Shown here piece by piece: positions 13,051-26,289 of a DNA stretch of 64,000 nt. Source of the stretch: Eledone cirrhosa (Eukaryota); contig OZ024743.1 of assembly GCA_964016885.1 (NCBI GenBank), positions 104,098,001 to 104,162,000 on the forward strand, given 5' to 3'. Below the pieces are notes generated by a model. That model saw only the letters and a program-made list of their open reading frames with translations. It was not told the origin of the DNA and did not search any database. Position 1 is the stretch's first letter. Each line of letters begins with the position of its first letter. The translations under genes and the position numbers were made by a program.

Positions 13051-13398
13051 GGAGGCACATGGCTTAGTGGTTAGAGCATTGGCCTTGCAATCGAAAGGTT
13101 GTGAGTTCAATTCTCAGACCGGGTGATGTGTTGTTTCCTTGAGCAAGACACTTTATTTCACATTGCTCCAGTTTACTCAGCTGTAGAAATGAGATGATAG
13201 GGACTGCGGTCCCTATCATTCCACTGCAAAGTGGTCGTGGAGGTGCCACGGCAAAAGAGCACCCAACACTCACTGTAAATGAGGTTGGTGTTAGGAAGGG
13301 CATCCAGCTGTAGAAATCAAGCCAGAATCAGTTCCCATCCCACCCTTGCAGGCAGGGAAAAGTGGACGTAAAATGAAATGATGATGATGAAATGATGA
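13051..13398 (+). mobile_element. tRNA-headed SINE family B with RTE-derived 3' tail
   Basis: A box TGGCTTAGTGG, B box GAGTTCAATTC, central CCTTGAGCAAGACACTT. The tail GTTGGTGTTAGGAAGGGCATCCAGCTGTAGAAA...(GAT)n is shared with the RTE 3' UTR. Confidence 0.85.
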
Positions 13399-13773
13399 TA
13401 GTATGGATTTTAACTAGGAAACTTTATTTCTAAAATAAGAATAATAATTGTTTCTAATACTGGCACAATGCCAGCAATTTTGAGGAGAGGAAAATCGATT
13501 TTATTGACTCCAGTACTTGAACAGTACTTTATTTTATTGATCCCAAAAGGATGAAAAGCAAAGTTGACTATGGTGGGATTTGAACTCGAGCATCAAATAC
13601 AAGAATGAATATTGTAAAGCATTATATCTGATGCGCTAATAATTCTGCCAAACCCTTAAACTATGCTGGTATGGATTACTAGAGCACTAACATGTATCTT
13701 GTCATAACAGTTGTTTCATATTTTAGACAACATCATATCAATTCTATTTTGATGTTATTATTACAATATCCCT

Positions 13774-14456
13774 GGCGGTGGATTGGCAGTATCGGTAGAG
13801 GGTCGGATGCCATGCTTTCCAGCATAGTTACGTCCCTTTACGATCTGAGTTCAAATCCCGCCGAGGTTGACTTTGCCTTTCATCCTTACGGGGTCGATAA
13901 AATAAAGTACCAGTAATGCACTGGGTAATTGCTGGCCTTGTGCCTAAAGTAGAAACAATTATTACCGTATCCCGCCGAGGTTAACTTTGCCTTTCATCCT
14001 TACGAGTAATGTACTGGGTAATTGCTGGCCTTGTGCCAAAAGTAGAAACAATTATTACCATGGATTGGCAGTATCGGTAGAGGGTGAGAAGCCATGCTTT
14101 GCAGCAAAGTGTTACGGCCCTTTATGGTCTGAGTTCAAATCCCGCCGAGGTTAACTTTGCCTTTCATCAATAAGGGGTTGATAAAATAAAATACCAGAAA
14201 TACACTGGGATAATTGCTGGCCTTGTGCCAACAGTAGAAACAATTATTACCATGGAAGGGCGGTGGATAGGTAGTATCGGTAGAGGGTCGGACGCCATGC
14301 TTTGACGCATTGAGTTACGGCCCTAGCCATTCTGAGTTCAAATCCTGCCGAGGTTAACTTTGCCTTTCATCCTTACGGTGGTCAATAAAATAAAGTACCA
14401 GTAATACACTTGGGTAATAGCTGGCCTTGTGCCAAAAGTAGAAACAATTATTACCA
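13774..14456 (+). mobile_element. Head-to-tail array of about four SINE family A units
   Basis: The GAGTTCAAATCC...AGTAGAAACAATTATTACC unit is repeated. The second unit is partial and internally deleted. Confidence 0.85.
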
Positions 14457-14489
14457 TCCTTTATCTGTGAATTCTGGTAAACTAAATAC

Positions 14490-15305
14490 ACATTCTGACT
14501 AACTAAATAGGATTGGCGACTAACTAATACAACTAGTGACTAACAATATAACTGTTGTCTAACTAACTGCCACTGCTGTTTAACTATCTACAACTGGTTT
14601 CTAACTAGATACTATTGGTGTTTAACTAACTACAACTGGCATCTAACTCCAACTGGTGTCTAACTAACTACAAATGGTGACTAACTACTACTGGTGACTA
14701 ACTAATTACAACTGGTGACTAACAAACTACAACTGGCATCTAACTACAACTGGTGACTAACTACAACTGGTGTCTAACTACAACTGGTGACTAACTACAA
14801 CTGGTGTCTAACTACAACTGGTGTCTAACTACAACTGGTGTCTAACTAACTACAACTGCTGTCTAACTAACTACAACTGGTTTCTAACTAGATACTACTA
14901 GTGTATAACTAACTACAACTGGTGTTTAACTACAGCTGGTGACTAACTACAACTGGTGTATAACTAACTACAAATCCTGTCTAGCTAACTACAGTTGTTG
15001 ACTAACTAACTACAACTGGTATCTAACTAACTAAAATTGGCGACTAATTAACTACAACCAGTGTCTAACTAACTAGAACTGATGGCTAACTAACTAACTA
15101 CAGCTGGTGTCTAAATAACTACAACTGGTGACTAACTACAACTGATGTCTAACTACAACTGGTGTTGAACAAACTACAACTGGTGTCTAACTTATCACAA
15201 CCGGTGACTAACTACACCTGGTATCTAACTATAACTGGTGTCTAACTAACTACAACTGGTGTCTCACTAACTACAATTTGTGACTGACTAACTACAATTG
15301 GTGTT
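14490..15305. repeat. Minisatellite, unit CTAACTACAACTGGTG(T/A), 16-21 bp
   Basis: Dozens of directly visible, variably degenerate copies. Confidence 0.9.
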
Positions 15306-15970
15306 CAGGATGTTTAAATGTCATATTGGTTAATCAAATGGAATGCCTGCTTGCTTTTTTTTGTGCTGATAATGTTATTATTAACCTTTTCTATAACTTT
15401 TATAATTTTTTTTCTTATTATTTTCATGACTTTTTGTAGAAACCAAAAAAACAACAACAAAAAACGCCCAAGAGTAAACAGTTTATTTTAGTGTTCTGTC
15501 CTCACCACCACTGCCACCACCACTACCACTACCATGGTTACTGACATCCATACCCCACCCCCATGACATAATTAAGAGTGTACAGAATACATTACATTTG
15601 ATATGCTCATATGAGCATGCACACACCTACACTCATTCATATACACACACATAAAAGCTGAAACCACAGATAAAGTATCATATCTAATCCTATACTTACA
15701 CACATGTGTGGGTGGATGTATATATATATATATATAGCTCCAAAAGTATATATACACACACACACACATATATATATATAAAAATGAGGTAATTATCTCA
15801 TTGAGCACTAAGTACACACTGAGATATATAGGGTGTCTACAATATAATTGTTGTTCTATGGTACTAATTCGAGATACCAGAACTATAAAAATTGATGAGC
15901 AGAACAAACAAACATTAAACAATCCTTTAAATAAATTAAAAAATAATTTAAATATCTACCTGTTCATAAT

Positions 15971-16049
15971 GCTATTACTGGCGGTTTCCATCCACAAAAG
16001 ATTGGAAATTCAGAGAATTTCCAACGGAAAGTAGATTTCTTCAGATAGC
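15971..16049 (-). ncRNA. Type I hammerhead with extended stem II (copy with a stem III mismatch)
   Basis: Mirror of 16380-16458; stem III reads CCGCCAG. Confidence 0.7.
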
Positions 16050-16379
16050 TATTTCCATTCAATAGGACATTTGTCCCACGGTCAGCAAATATAATGCTAA
16101 CTACCAGCACGTATGAGTTATAGCCGTTAAAGTGACCCGTACGTGACCTGGCCACTAGAGCAAGCGGGAATATTACAGACTTGTTGATGGCTTGGCTGCT
16201 AAAAAAATAGCAGTAAGCAACAACAAATTTTTTCTCTACATAGATTGGAGAATATATAAAAATGAGGTAAATATCTCATTGAGCACTAAGTACACACTGA
16301 GATATATAGGGTGCATACTTGCTGGTAGTTAGCATTATATTTGCTGACCGTGGGACAAATGTCCTATAGAATGGAAATA

Positions 16380-16458
16380 GCTATCTGAAGAAATCTACTT
16401 TCCGTTGGAAATCCTCTGAATTTCCAATCTTTTGTGGATGGAAACCGCCGGTAATAGC
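16380..16458 (+). ncRNA. Type I hammerhead with extended stem II
   Basis: GCTAT-CTGAAGA-A ATCTAC...TTGGAAAT..ATTTCCAA...GTGGAT G-GAAA-CC GCC GG-TA-ATAGC. GUA site with predicted cut after 16453. Confidence 0.8.
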
Positions 16459-16555
16459 ATTATGAACAGGTAGATATTTGAATTATTTTTTAATTTATTT
16501 AAAGGATTGTTTAATGTTTGTTTGTTCTGCTCATCAATATATATATATATATATG

Positions 16556-17611
16556 GTGCAATAAGTAGCAGCAAGTGCCCATAAAATACTAGCTCTTTCA
16601 ATTGCGCAGAGGGTTCTATAGAAATAGTGGACAGCTTCCGTTACCTGGGCGATAAAATCAGCAGTGGGGGAGGGTGCTCTGAAAGTACAGTAGCTAGAGT
16701 CAGAACTGGTTGGAAAAAGTTCAGAGAGCTTATACCACTATTAGCTGCTAAAGGGTTCTCCCTAAAAATGAAAGGCAGGTTGTACGATGCCTGCATACGA
16801 ACAGCAATGTTGCATGGCAGTGAGACCTGGGCATTGTGTGCAGAGGATATACGCAGACTAGAGAGGAACGAAGCTTGCATGCTCCGCTGGATGTGTAACA
16901 GTAATATACGTGAACGGCAAAGCATAAACGAACTAAGGAAAAAATTAGAAATAAGAGGGATCAGATGTTGTTTACTCGAGAGAAGGCTACGTTGGTATGG
17001 ACACGTGATGCGCATGAAAGTCGATAGCTGTATAACAAAGTGCAGGGCAATAAAGATAGACGGTAGCCACGGAATAGGCAGACCTAGAAAAACCTGGGAC
17101 GAGCTGATAAACTCCGACCTCACACACTTACACCTCTCCAAGACAATGTCACTGGACCGAGACCTTTGGCGGTACTCAGTAACAGAGAAGACCCGCCTTA
17201 CCTAAATACATAGTAAAACCTACTACAGCCAGTAGGCATCTCTAACAAAATACACCCCGTCCCACCACCACCACCACCACCCCATCCACACCACCCCGTT
17301 CTATGTAAAGTTATGTTGGTGCCGCGCCATCCAGGCCGAAACAAATGAGATCGTGTAGGTGTCACGACAAAAAAAACACACAGTCCACGCTGTAATGCGG
17401 CCGTGTAGGCAACACGGTAAAAACCTCCCAGACCCACACTGTAAATGTGGTTGGTGTTAGGAAGGGCATCCAACTGTAGAAAACCTGCCAGACAGTCCTA
17501 TGCGAGCAAGACAATCACTCTTGCCTCAAGTGGGACTACCCCCGTCCAAACCCATGCAAGCGTGGAACACGGACGTTAAACGTTGATGATGATGATGATG
17601 ATGATGATGAT
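16556..17611 (+). mobile_element. 5'-truncated RTE LINE (same family as 8926-11140)
   Basis: Open ORF 16627-17205 (FRYLG...HGSETW...RLRWYGHV...GRPRKTW), homologous 3' UTR and (GAT)n tail. Confidence 0.92.
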
Positions 17612-17705
17612 ATTTATTAAAATAACAGATTAAAGTTTAAGCAAAGAATTGCTGCTCTACGGTTCGGATTTTAGTCTTCAAATTTATTATTATTACTATA
17701 TATAT

Positions 17706-17839
17706 ATAGGAACAAGTAGGACACCGACGGCTCAGCTCAAGCCGTTTCGACAGCTAATTCTGGACTAAATGGACATTTAGTCCAGAATTAGCCGTCGAAA
17801 CGGCTTGAGCTCAGCTGTCAGGGTCCTACTTGTTCCTAT
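17706..17839. repeat. Fold-back inverted repeat (66-bp arms) containing the 3' half of a hammerhead
   Basis: ATAGGAACAAGTAGG...CTAAATG ga CATTTAG...CCTACTTGTTCCTAT. Contains GAAA-CGGCT..AGC(T/C)G-TC. Lies between (TA)n tracts. Confidence 0.85.
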
Positions 17840-17930
17840 TACCAACTCTACTACCCTAAGTATTGAGTACTTTGGTGCGTTATGGTCCATCTGGTTCCTT
17901 ACCACATTTCCTTCGTTATATATATATATA

Positions 17931-19243
17931 TATAAGGGGATGTTAAAAATTATATGCACTTTTGTTTCTGAAATTTATTAAAATAAAAGTAGCTGTTGAA
18001 CAATTACACCAGTTTTTGAAATAGTCTCCTTATATTTCGATGTACTTCTTCCAGTGGTCCACAAGCTTGCTTATTCCATTGAAGGTTTTGGGCTAGTCAC
18101 AGCCATTTATGTACTTCTTCTTGCACTTCTTCCTCTGTAGCAAATCAATGATTTTTTATAGGATGTTTGAGCAATCTAAAGTGGTAATAGTCAAAAGGGG
18201 TAAGATTTGAACTGTATGCAGGGTGTTCCAGCAATTTGAAACCCAATGTTTTAATTGTTTCACTAGTGTGGGCAGCCATATGTCAGCGTGCATTGTCATG
18301 CAATAATAGCATTTGTTTTGACAATAGACCTTGTCGTTTTGTGCGATTTGCTGGTTTCAGTTTGTTGGCCAGTATTTCACTGCAGACTACATTGGTGTCT
18401 GTAGACCCCTTTCTTGGTAATGTTTGAGTATAAGCCCTTTTGCATCACAAAAATCAGTTAGCATTACTTCTTCTGCAGAAGGTTGAGTCTTGAATTTCTT
18501 TTTCACTGGCGACCCTGAGTGTTTCCACTTCATACTCTGTCTTTTGGATTCTGGCTCAAAGTGATGGACCCAAGTCTCATTTCCTGTGACTATTTTCTTC
18601 AAAAAAGCTTCAGCTTTATCATTGTAGTGGTTGAGTAAGTGTCAACAGGTCTCCACACAATTATACTTATGCACTTTGGTAAGATCTCTTGATACCCATC
18701 TCACACAGACTTTATGGAAGCAAAGTTTCTCAAGGATGATTTCATATGCAACACCATGACTAATCTGCAGAGAGTACACCACCTCATCAATCATTACTGG
18801 TCAGTTCACCAGAACCATCTCTTGAGCTTGTTGAATCTTCACATGGTGGAGAGTGATAAGCATCCTGCTCCCTCTTCATGCTTCAATCTTGTCCAGCCAT
18901 TTTTAAACTTCTCAATCCACTCATACACACATCTATGTGGTAGAGCACTCTCCCCATATTGTACTGAAAGCCTGCAATAAATTTTAGCCCCTGACACAAC
19001 TTTAGACCAGAGAAATCAGATGACTGATCTTTGTTCTTCCTTGATACACTACCAATGGAGCAGCCATATTTACTCTGTAACATAAGAAAAAACTGGAGCA
19101 ATCAAGTCAAACCTCAGTTACGTAACCATAAGACAAACCTTAGTTACATAACCACCTTTAGAACCCAAGCAATGAAGGAAGTGTGGCCAACCTAAAGAAA
19201 GTTTTGGAGAAAGTACAGATGATTTTTTAGTTCCTCTCAAATA
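17931..19243 (-). mobile_element. Decayed mariner (Tc1/mariner) transposon
   Basis: Minus-strand fragments KVCVRWVSRDL (WVPxxL), IVTGNETWVHHFEPESKRQSMKW and EHPAYSSNLTPFDY (YSPDLAPxD). Degenerate TIRs near 17931 and 19243; length about 1.3 kb. Confidence 0.85.
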
Positions 19244-19781
19244 TATAATTGGAACATATGAGCAAAATGTTGTTGGCCTAGCTCAGCATGAAGAGCAGTA
19301 ACTGAATTATTTTACCAAAACCTGTAAGGATGAAAGGCAAATTTGACCTCAGTGTGATTTGAACTCAGAATGTAAAGAGACATCTCTTTCTATTTCTATT
19401 TAAAAAAAAAAGAGGCTTGAAATATTTCAATTCATCTTAATATCATCTTCATCATTACCACCACCATTGCTGTACTTGACATACATTGCATTTCAACTAA
19501 TTGATGAAGAATTTTGAGGTGTTTAAGAAGCATTCTGTAAAGTGTAGAAAATAGAGTTTTGTTTGAAATCCACTACTATGTAAAGAACTTCAAGGAAACA
19601 TCCCAACACCATTGTGATTACAATTTTAACATGATGCATTCCATTTTTTACACTAATTCTAGTCACCAGAAAAATAGCTTTCTGGTAATTTTCTCAAATT
19701 GTACTACTTTTAAAGTTGTTAAGTTGTTTGACCTGTGAAACAAATCTGTGGTTTGACAAGTTTTAGTTAGTAGAGGTGATG

Positions 19782-19872
<91 letters not shown>

Positions 19873-21458
19873 GTGAATTCAATTCAAAATTAATGTTCGT
19901 TTATGCAAATACAAAATCGTTGATATGTACCTATTCAATGACTGCATGTTAAGACCACACCCTCTACCTCATGCATATGTGTGTGTGTGTATATATATAT
20001 ATATTTATATATATACATATATATATATACACACACACATGCACATACACACACATTCACATACACACACATATAGTTATACTTTGGGAGGATCATGCTG
20101 CAATATATATATATATATATATATATGTTTTACTATTTCTCTCCTTTCTATATTTTTCTCCTTTGGCTAAGCCTTGCACTCTTTATTTGTGTAATTTGCC
20201 TAAAGGTATAACTTGTCTCTACCTGTTTTGTTGTGTCCCAATGTGCACTGGAATAACTGGTACCCACCTTACCAGACCTTTTTCCAGTCTCCTGCTGTGG
20301 AGGATTGAAATTTGAGAGCTTATCTCTAGATTCTTTCCAAAATTTTCCCTATTTTTGACTAATTAAATTTTTGCTAAATGACTTCACTTGCAATAGATTT
20401 GGAATGTAGTCTATATCTATTATTTCCTACAATATACATATATATATATATATATATATGAATATATACATATATACATACATACAGGAGGAAACAGTAT
20501 GTAGAGGAAATTAGCCTGCAACTAGTGTTTCCTACCCCTCTCCCAACCCCCACTTTCCACACCTGATACACCTCTCTTGTCCAATCCATGCATAAAAGTA
20601 TGGAAAGCTGGACATGCTCCCCAACAATGCTGCTGAAATTGCTAAAAGCTTTCAGGTGGTCATGCTGGTGAGATGATAAATAAGCACCAAGTCTACCCAT
20701 GTTGGGGACACAAAAGAGTACCCAGTCCACCCTGTAAAGTAGTCACATTGGTGACATGACAAAAAAACACCCAGTCCACTCTGTAAAGTGGTTGTGTTAG
20801 TGACATCACAAAAAGCACCCTGTCCAACCTGTCAGCTGGTGGTTTTAGTGCCATTTTAAAAAGCACCCAGTTCAAACTGTAAATCTGATTGGTATTAGGA
20901 AAGGCATCCAGTTGTAGAAAGCAAGCCAGAAACAGTTCTGTATGAGCAAAACATTGTCACCTCATCTGACTTGTCTCACAATGGGACAACAGGTCTAACC
21001 CATGCTAACATGGAAAAATGGACATTAAACGGTGATAGTGATATATATGTGTGTGTGTATGTGTGTGAAGGCATGTGGCTGGTGGTTAAAAAATTGGATT
21101 TGCAATCATCAGGTTGTGATTTTGATTCCCAGACCGGGTGATGTGTTATGTCCTTGAGCAAGAAATTCTATTTCATGTTGCTCTTTCTTCCTGGATTTGT
21201 GACTGACAGATAGTATTAGTAATTGGGAAGACCACTGGAAACATTGTTTACTCAGTCCGATCGACTCTCGATATATATATATATGTATATAATTTTTAAA
21301 ATAGTAAAGTGGCAGTGACTTCATAAAGTAAAATTAACACTCTGTTTAGACGTATTGAGTGCTTATTGAGTTAGAATTTTTTAAGTACAATGGCATTTTA
21401 CACATGCATTCCAATATATATATATGTGAGTGTGTTTATGTATGTATATATATATATT

Positions 21459-21493
<35 letters not shown>

Positions 21494-22037
21494 ATGTGTA
21501 TACATATATCTGTGTGTGTGTATTTATGAATATATGTAGATATGTGTGTAGGTGTGTGTATGTATGTATATGCTGTTCATGAGCTGGTTGTCTACATTTT
21601 GTAAATGTCAGTCAATTCCCACCAAGTATGTTTCTTTGCCTTGTATTTAACTACTGTTATCCTATAATTCCATCTACAATGTGTGGCGAACTTTCAGAAT
21701 ATGAAAGTAAGTCTATGTCTGTGACATATACAAAAAGGCCTGACCTAGTCTTAACAGCAGCTCTTAAAAAAATCATGGCATAATGTATCTATACACAGAT
21801 GTCTTGTGGACACTGCATGGCTGAATGAATAAGAAGTTTGCTTTGCAATCCTTAATTCTTGAGTTCAATTCTAGTATGTGGCATGTTGTAGATGCAGCTA
21901 ATCTGAATAAGAAAATTGCCTTGCAATCATTTGGTCCTGGGTTCCATCCCAGTGTGTGGTATTTGTGGACATAGCAGGACTGAATGGTTAAGATTTGCTT
22001 TGTAATCATTAAGTCCAAAGTTTGATCTCACTGCAGG

Positions 22038-22197
22038 CAGTGCTGGATTTAGGACAAATGAGGCCCTTTGTTAGTTAAGTTATGAGGCCCCAAACATTTG
22101 AAAAATTCATCATAAAAAATTTTTTTTGCAAGAAGATGTCCCCCGCTGGACAACAGGACACTGTACACTCCTAGCCACAATGGTAAATCCGGCACTG
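22038..22197. mobile_element. hAT-type MITE
   Basis: TIRs CAGTGCTGGATTTA / TAAATCCGGCACTG and a perfect 8-bp TSD ACTGCAGG. Confidence 0.88.
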
Positions 22198-23389
22198 ACT
22201 GCAGGGCATCTTGTAGATGCAACAGGGACGAAACATTACAAAGTTTGATTCACAAAAACTAGGACATTTTGGGTAAGTATCAGTTACCATAGCCTTGGGT
22301 TGACCCAAGTATTGTGAGTGAAATTCGGTAGACAGGAAACTTTTGGAAACCTGTCAGATTGACTGTAGTTGTAATTCAAAGGGCCTGCTTTGTTACCTGG
22401 TGTGATATGTTGAATAATTCAAAGAGTTGCATTAAGGATATACGTGCTTAGCCACTTACACATTAATTTAATAAGCAGGCTGTTGCATTGATTGATTGAA
22501 CAGCTGGAAACACATTGAGGTTATTACAAGAACACATAAATTTAGGGGTTGGGGGGGGGGTCCTTCATTAAGAATAAATCACAACCTTTCAAGCCTATGA
22601 ATATATTTTAGATGACTAATTAACTTATAATTATTTCTGATTTTTAATAAAATTTAAATAATTTTACATTTTACTGAATTTACCTGAAATAGAGTAATTT
22701 TGAGGCAAGAATTATGAAATAGATTAATTTAACTTTTTTGACAGCCAACTCCCTGAAACTGCCACTGGGTCCACAATACAAAACTTTTTGTTTTAAAGTG
22801 TTTATATTCATCTAAAAACCTTTCATCATAATTCTATGTAAGAACCTTTGTTATGTTATGCCACAAACACCAACTTAATGAGAAAATTAGTTATATCACT
22901 TAATTCCTCAAAATTCTTGATTATTTTCAAAATTATTTGAAAATCAAAAGCAGTGACTTCATTAGAAATATGGTTCCATTTATCAATAAATAAACAAGAT
23001 ATTGTTTTATGAAACTAGTCTAGATTTTTATTTTCTGAAAATATATTTGAAATACACAAGGGATGTACTTTACTTAGAAGATTAGTAAGAAAGGGTTAAT
23101 CTTTTTAATAGCATATCTTAAACCATAAAATCATTGGACAAATAACACATTTTAGGAGCAAATTTGAAACTTAATACTAATGGCCAAAAAGTATTCTGAT
23201 CACAAATAGAAATTTGATGCAAATATCCAGAAAATTTAAAGTTCAGAAACGAACCAATGAAAAACAGAAAGATTCATATATTCATTTCTGAAAATTATGA
23301 AAGATTACCCCCTAGTTCCTGTTGCAAAAAAAAAAAAAGAATATTAAAACTAAAAAAAAAACAAATAAAAGAGTAAAACCTCCAATTAA

Positions 23390-23609
23390 CCCTTTAATGT
23401 TCAAACCGGCCAAAACCGGCCAGAATTCTCTACCTCTTTCTGTTGAAACTGGCTGTAACTGGTCGCTCAAACTTATGTTAAGGTATTGTTCTCAAAATAA
23501 ATACTTTCAAAATCTCATAGATTCGATATTATGTGAGATAATTATGCGAGGTAAAGCCTTTAACATGAAAATATAATAGTATATAGAGAGTAATGTGATT
23601 GCTAAAGGG
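23390..23609. mobile_element. piggyBac-like MITE (TTAA-CCC...GGG-TTAA)
   Basis: TTAA|CCCTTTA...TAAAGGG|TTAA. Homologues at 45187-45407, ~34711-34899 and ~24223-24445, and a partial one at ~28438. Confidence 0.7.
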
Positions 23610-23618
23610 TTAAACAAA

Positions 23619-23806
23619 TAATTGTTTCTACTTTAGGCACAAGGCCAGCAATTAACCAGTGCATTACTGGTACTTTATTTTATCTACCCCGTAAGGATGA
23701 AAGGCAAAGTTAACCTCGGCGGGATTTGAACTCAGAATGTAAAGGGACGTAACTATGCTAGAAAGCATGGCGTCCGACCCTCTACCGATACTGCCAATTC
23801 ACCGCC
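23619..23806 (-). mobile_element. SINE family A copy
   Basis: Reverse complement of family A, with an 18-bp TSD AAGGGTTAAACAAATAAT. Confidence 0.88.
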
Positions 23807-26289
23807 TTAAGGGTTAAACAAATAATACTAAACTTCCGTAAAAATGTTTTCATCCAGAAGGTAAAATCAGGAATAACATGTCCTTGAAATATTGAAATCT
23901 AAATGGAGTAGATCAGTTTCGACAATGCGTGTTCCAATTGTTTGATCATTGGAATAACCTGCTCAAGAAATTAATGAACAAGTGGCTGAGCATTCCTTAG
24001 TGTAATTCTCAAGGAGATTTATCATGACAGTGTGTGACAGGGCTGGCTCTTTGAAATACAATTACAGTTCATCTGATAGGCTTCCAAACAGTTTTCATCT
24101 CTCCAATTTAACTTGCAAGACAAAGATCACAGATAGCACAGAATGAGATCAAACCCAGGACCTAACATTAAAGTCATAACAGACGTTGGAACATAATTAT
24201 TTAAAATGAAACATAAATCCTCAACCCTTTAGAATTTAAATTACACTATATTTACTGTTGTATTTTATTTCACATTATTGTATTTTATTTCACATTATTA
24301 TTTTACACAATATTAAAGCTATGAGATTTTAATATTATTTATTTTGAGAACAATACCTTAACGTCAGTATGAGGGGCCAGTTATGGTTAGTTTGAACTGA
24401 AAGAGATGTGAGAATTCTGGCTGGATATGGCTGGTTTAAATGTTAAAATATAAGTAAAAGGTGATCTTCAGAAAGCAACTGCCATTTCAACATTAATAAC
24501 TGTGGCCACTGCCTCTACTATTATACCCTACTACTACCACCAGCATTATCACTATCTCCACTACTACAACCATCATCGCCCCAACACCACCACCACCACC
24601 ACCAGCATTATCATCCCTCTAGCCCCACCATTACTACCACCATGATCTCAACTACTACAAATACTCCCATCAAGGCTACTAATACTACTACAACCAACAC
24701 CACCACTATTGCCATCACTGCTACCACTATCATCTCCACTACTACTAACACCATCACCAGCCACCATCGCCACCACTACTACCCTTATTCACAACTACCA
24801 CTAAAACTACCACCAGCTGCCACCACTACTACACTACCATCAGCCACCACCACCTCCACCATTACACCACCACCATTACTCACCCCACCATCATTACCAT
24901 CTCTACCACTAGTTCTAGTACCCCTTTCATGACCATCCTTATCATTATTAACATTATCTCAGTCATTTTTAAAGCTTTCATTTTCAAGTTTAAAGATAAC
25001 AGTTTTTAAAACTCAGATTTTCTAGGAAAAAAATCAAAACAAAGCAATAAAAAAATGAAACCATAATGAAATACAATTGAATGAAGTTAAAAAAAGTAAG
25101 AAAAGAATGGCTCCCACCCCACCCACACTACTTACATATTCACCATAACTGGTCACTTACAAATATAAAATATATTATCAAATTAAATTAATAAAAATGA
25201 AAAAAATATATATATAAATAAATAATCTAAAGTGAAACAGAATTTCAAAATATCAAAACATATAAAAATGGAAATAAAAAGAGTAGAAATTTTACTTCCT
25301 TAGTCAGAAACATTCAACAGCTTCCATAACAGAAATTATAGAGAAAATTAAAATGTGAGTGTGTATGGAGCATGAGACTAGATTACCTCACATAATGACC
25401 TCTCCACACTTCACCAAATATTAAAAAAAAATAAATAAAGATAGTAGAAATTTTACTGCTTCACTCAAAGAGATTCAACAACCACCATAACAGAAAATAT
25501 CCAGAAAATTAAAATGTTGGGTAGAGCAGACTACCTCATAAAATTGACTCCTCCACTACCTCACACACAAAATTGTTCTCAACCAAACATCCTAAAATAT
25601 ATTCATGTATTCACCATAAAAAAGTGTTTTGCTCCATCTAAAATGTCAAAACATGAAATAGGTTGCTACAAATTTGTTTTCTGACATTTCCAATCAAATT
25701 CTTCAGTTGTTTTAGGGTTTTTTTTTGTGTGTTACTGTTGCTTTTCGTTTTTTTTTTTAATTAAAAAGATAAATAAATAAACTATCGTTTAACACACAAA
25801 TCTAATCTAGCTAGATTATTATAATGTGTCACCAATTATTTTAGGATAACACTTTCCTTTATTTTTTTGCATATTTTATTAACCTCGCCCCCCCCCCCCC
25901 CCCCAAAAAAAAATTTATTTCGCCTTCATTTTAATAAAATTTCAACAGTTGAGTATATGATTGAAGCTTGTATGTATGTATGTTCTTCTGGTTTCATTAT
26001 TTTAATAATTATTTTATAAATTTTTACCAATGGCTCTTTCATTGGAATTCAGAAAAAAATCAACTTGGTCTGCAAATATGTCTGCACGTCTGCATGCGTG
26101 CATGTGTAAGCATGTGTGTGTATGTGCAGGTATGGATGTTATTGTATGTGTGGATCTGTATGCTTTGGGTTATATGTGAATGTGTATATGTTTTGTATTG
26201 ATACATGTGTGTATGCAGTTATTACATACAGACATTTTGGAATCATCATCATCATCATCATGATCGTTTAACGTCTATCTTCCATGCAT

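Larger units (their letters stand above)
15779..16540. mobile_element. Hammerhead-bearing element with direct plus inverted partial duplication (Penelope pLTR-like)
   Basis: 15781-15835 is repeated at ~16258-16314. About 15891-16114 is inverted at 16315-16538. (TA)n tracts lie on both sides. Confidence 0.7.

Noticed and set aside
13051-13125. tRNA gene
   Set aside because: A and B boxes are present, but it is the head of a multi-copy SINE, with no proper acceptor stem or terminator.
14490-15305. Possible CRISPR-like or telomeric array
   Set aside because: No unique spacers, eukaryotic context and a non-telomeric unit. It is an ordinary minisatellite.
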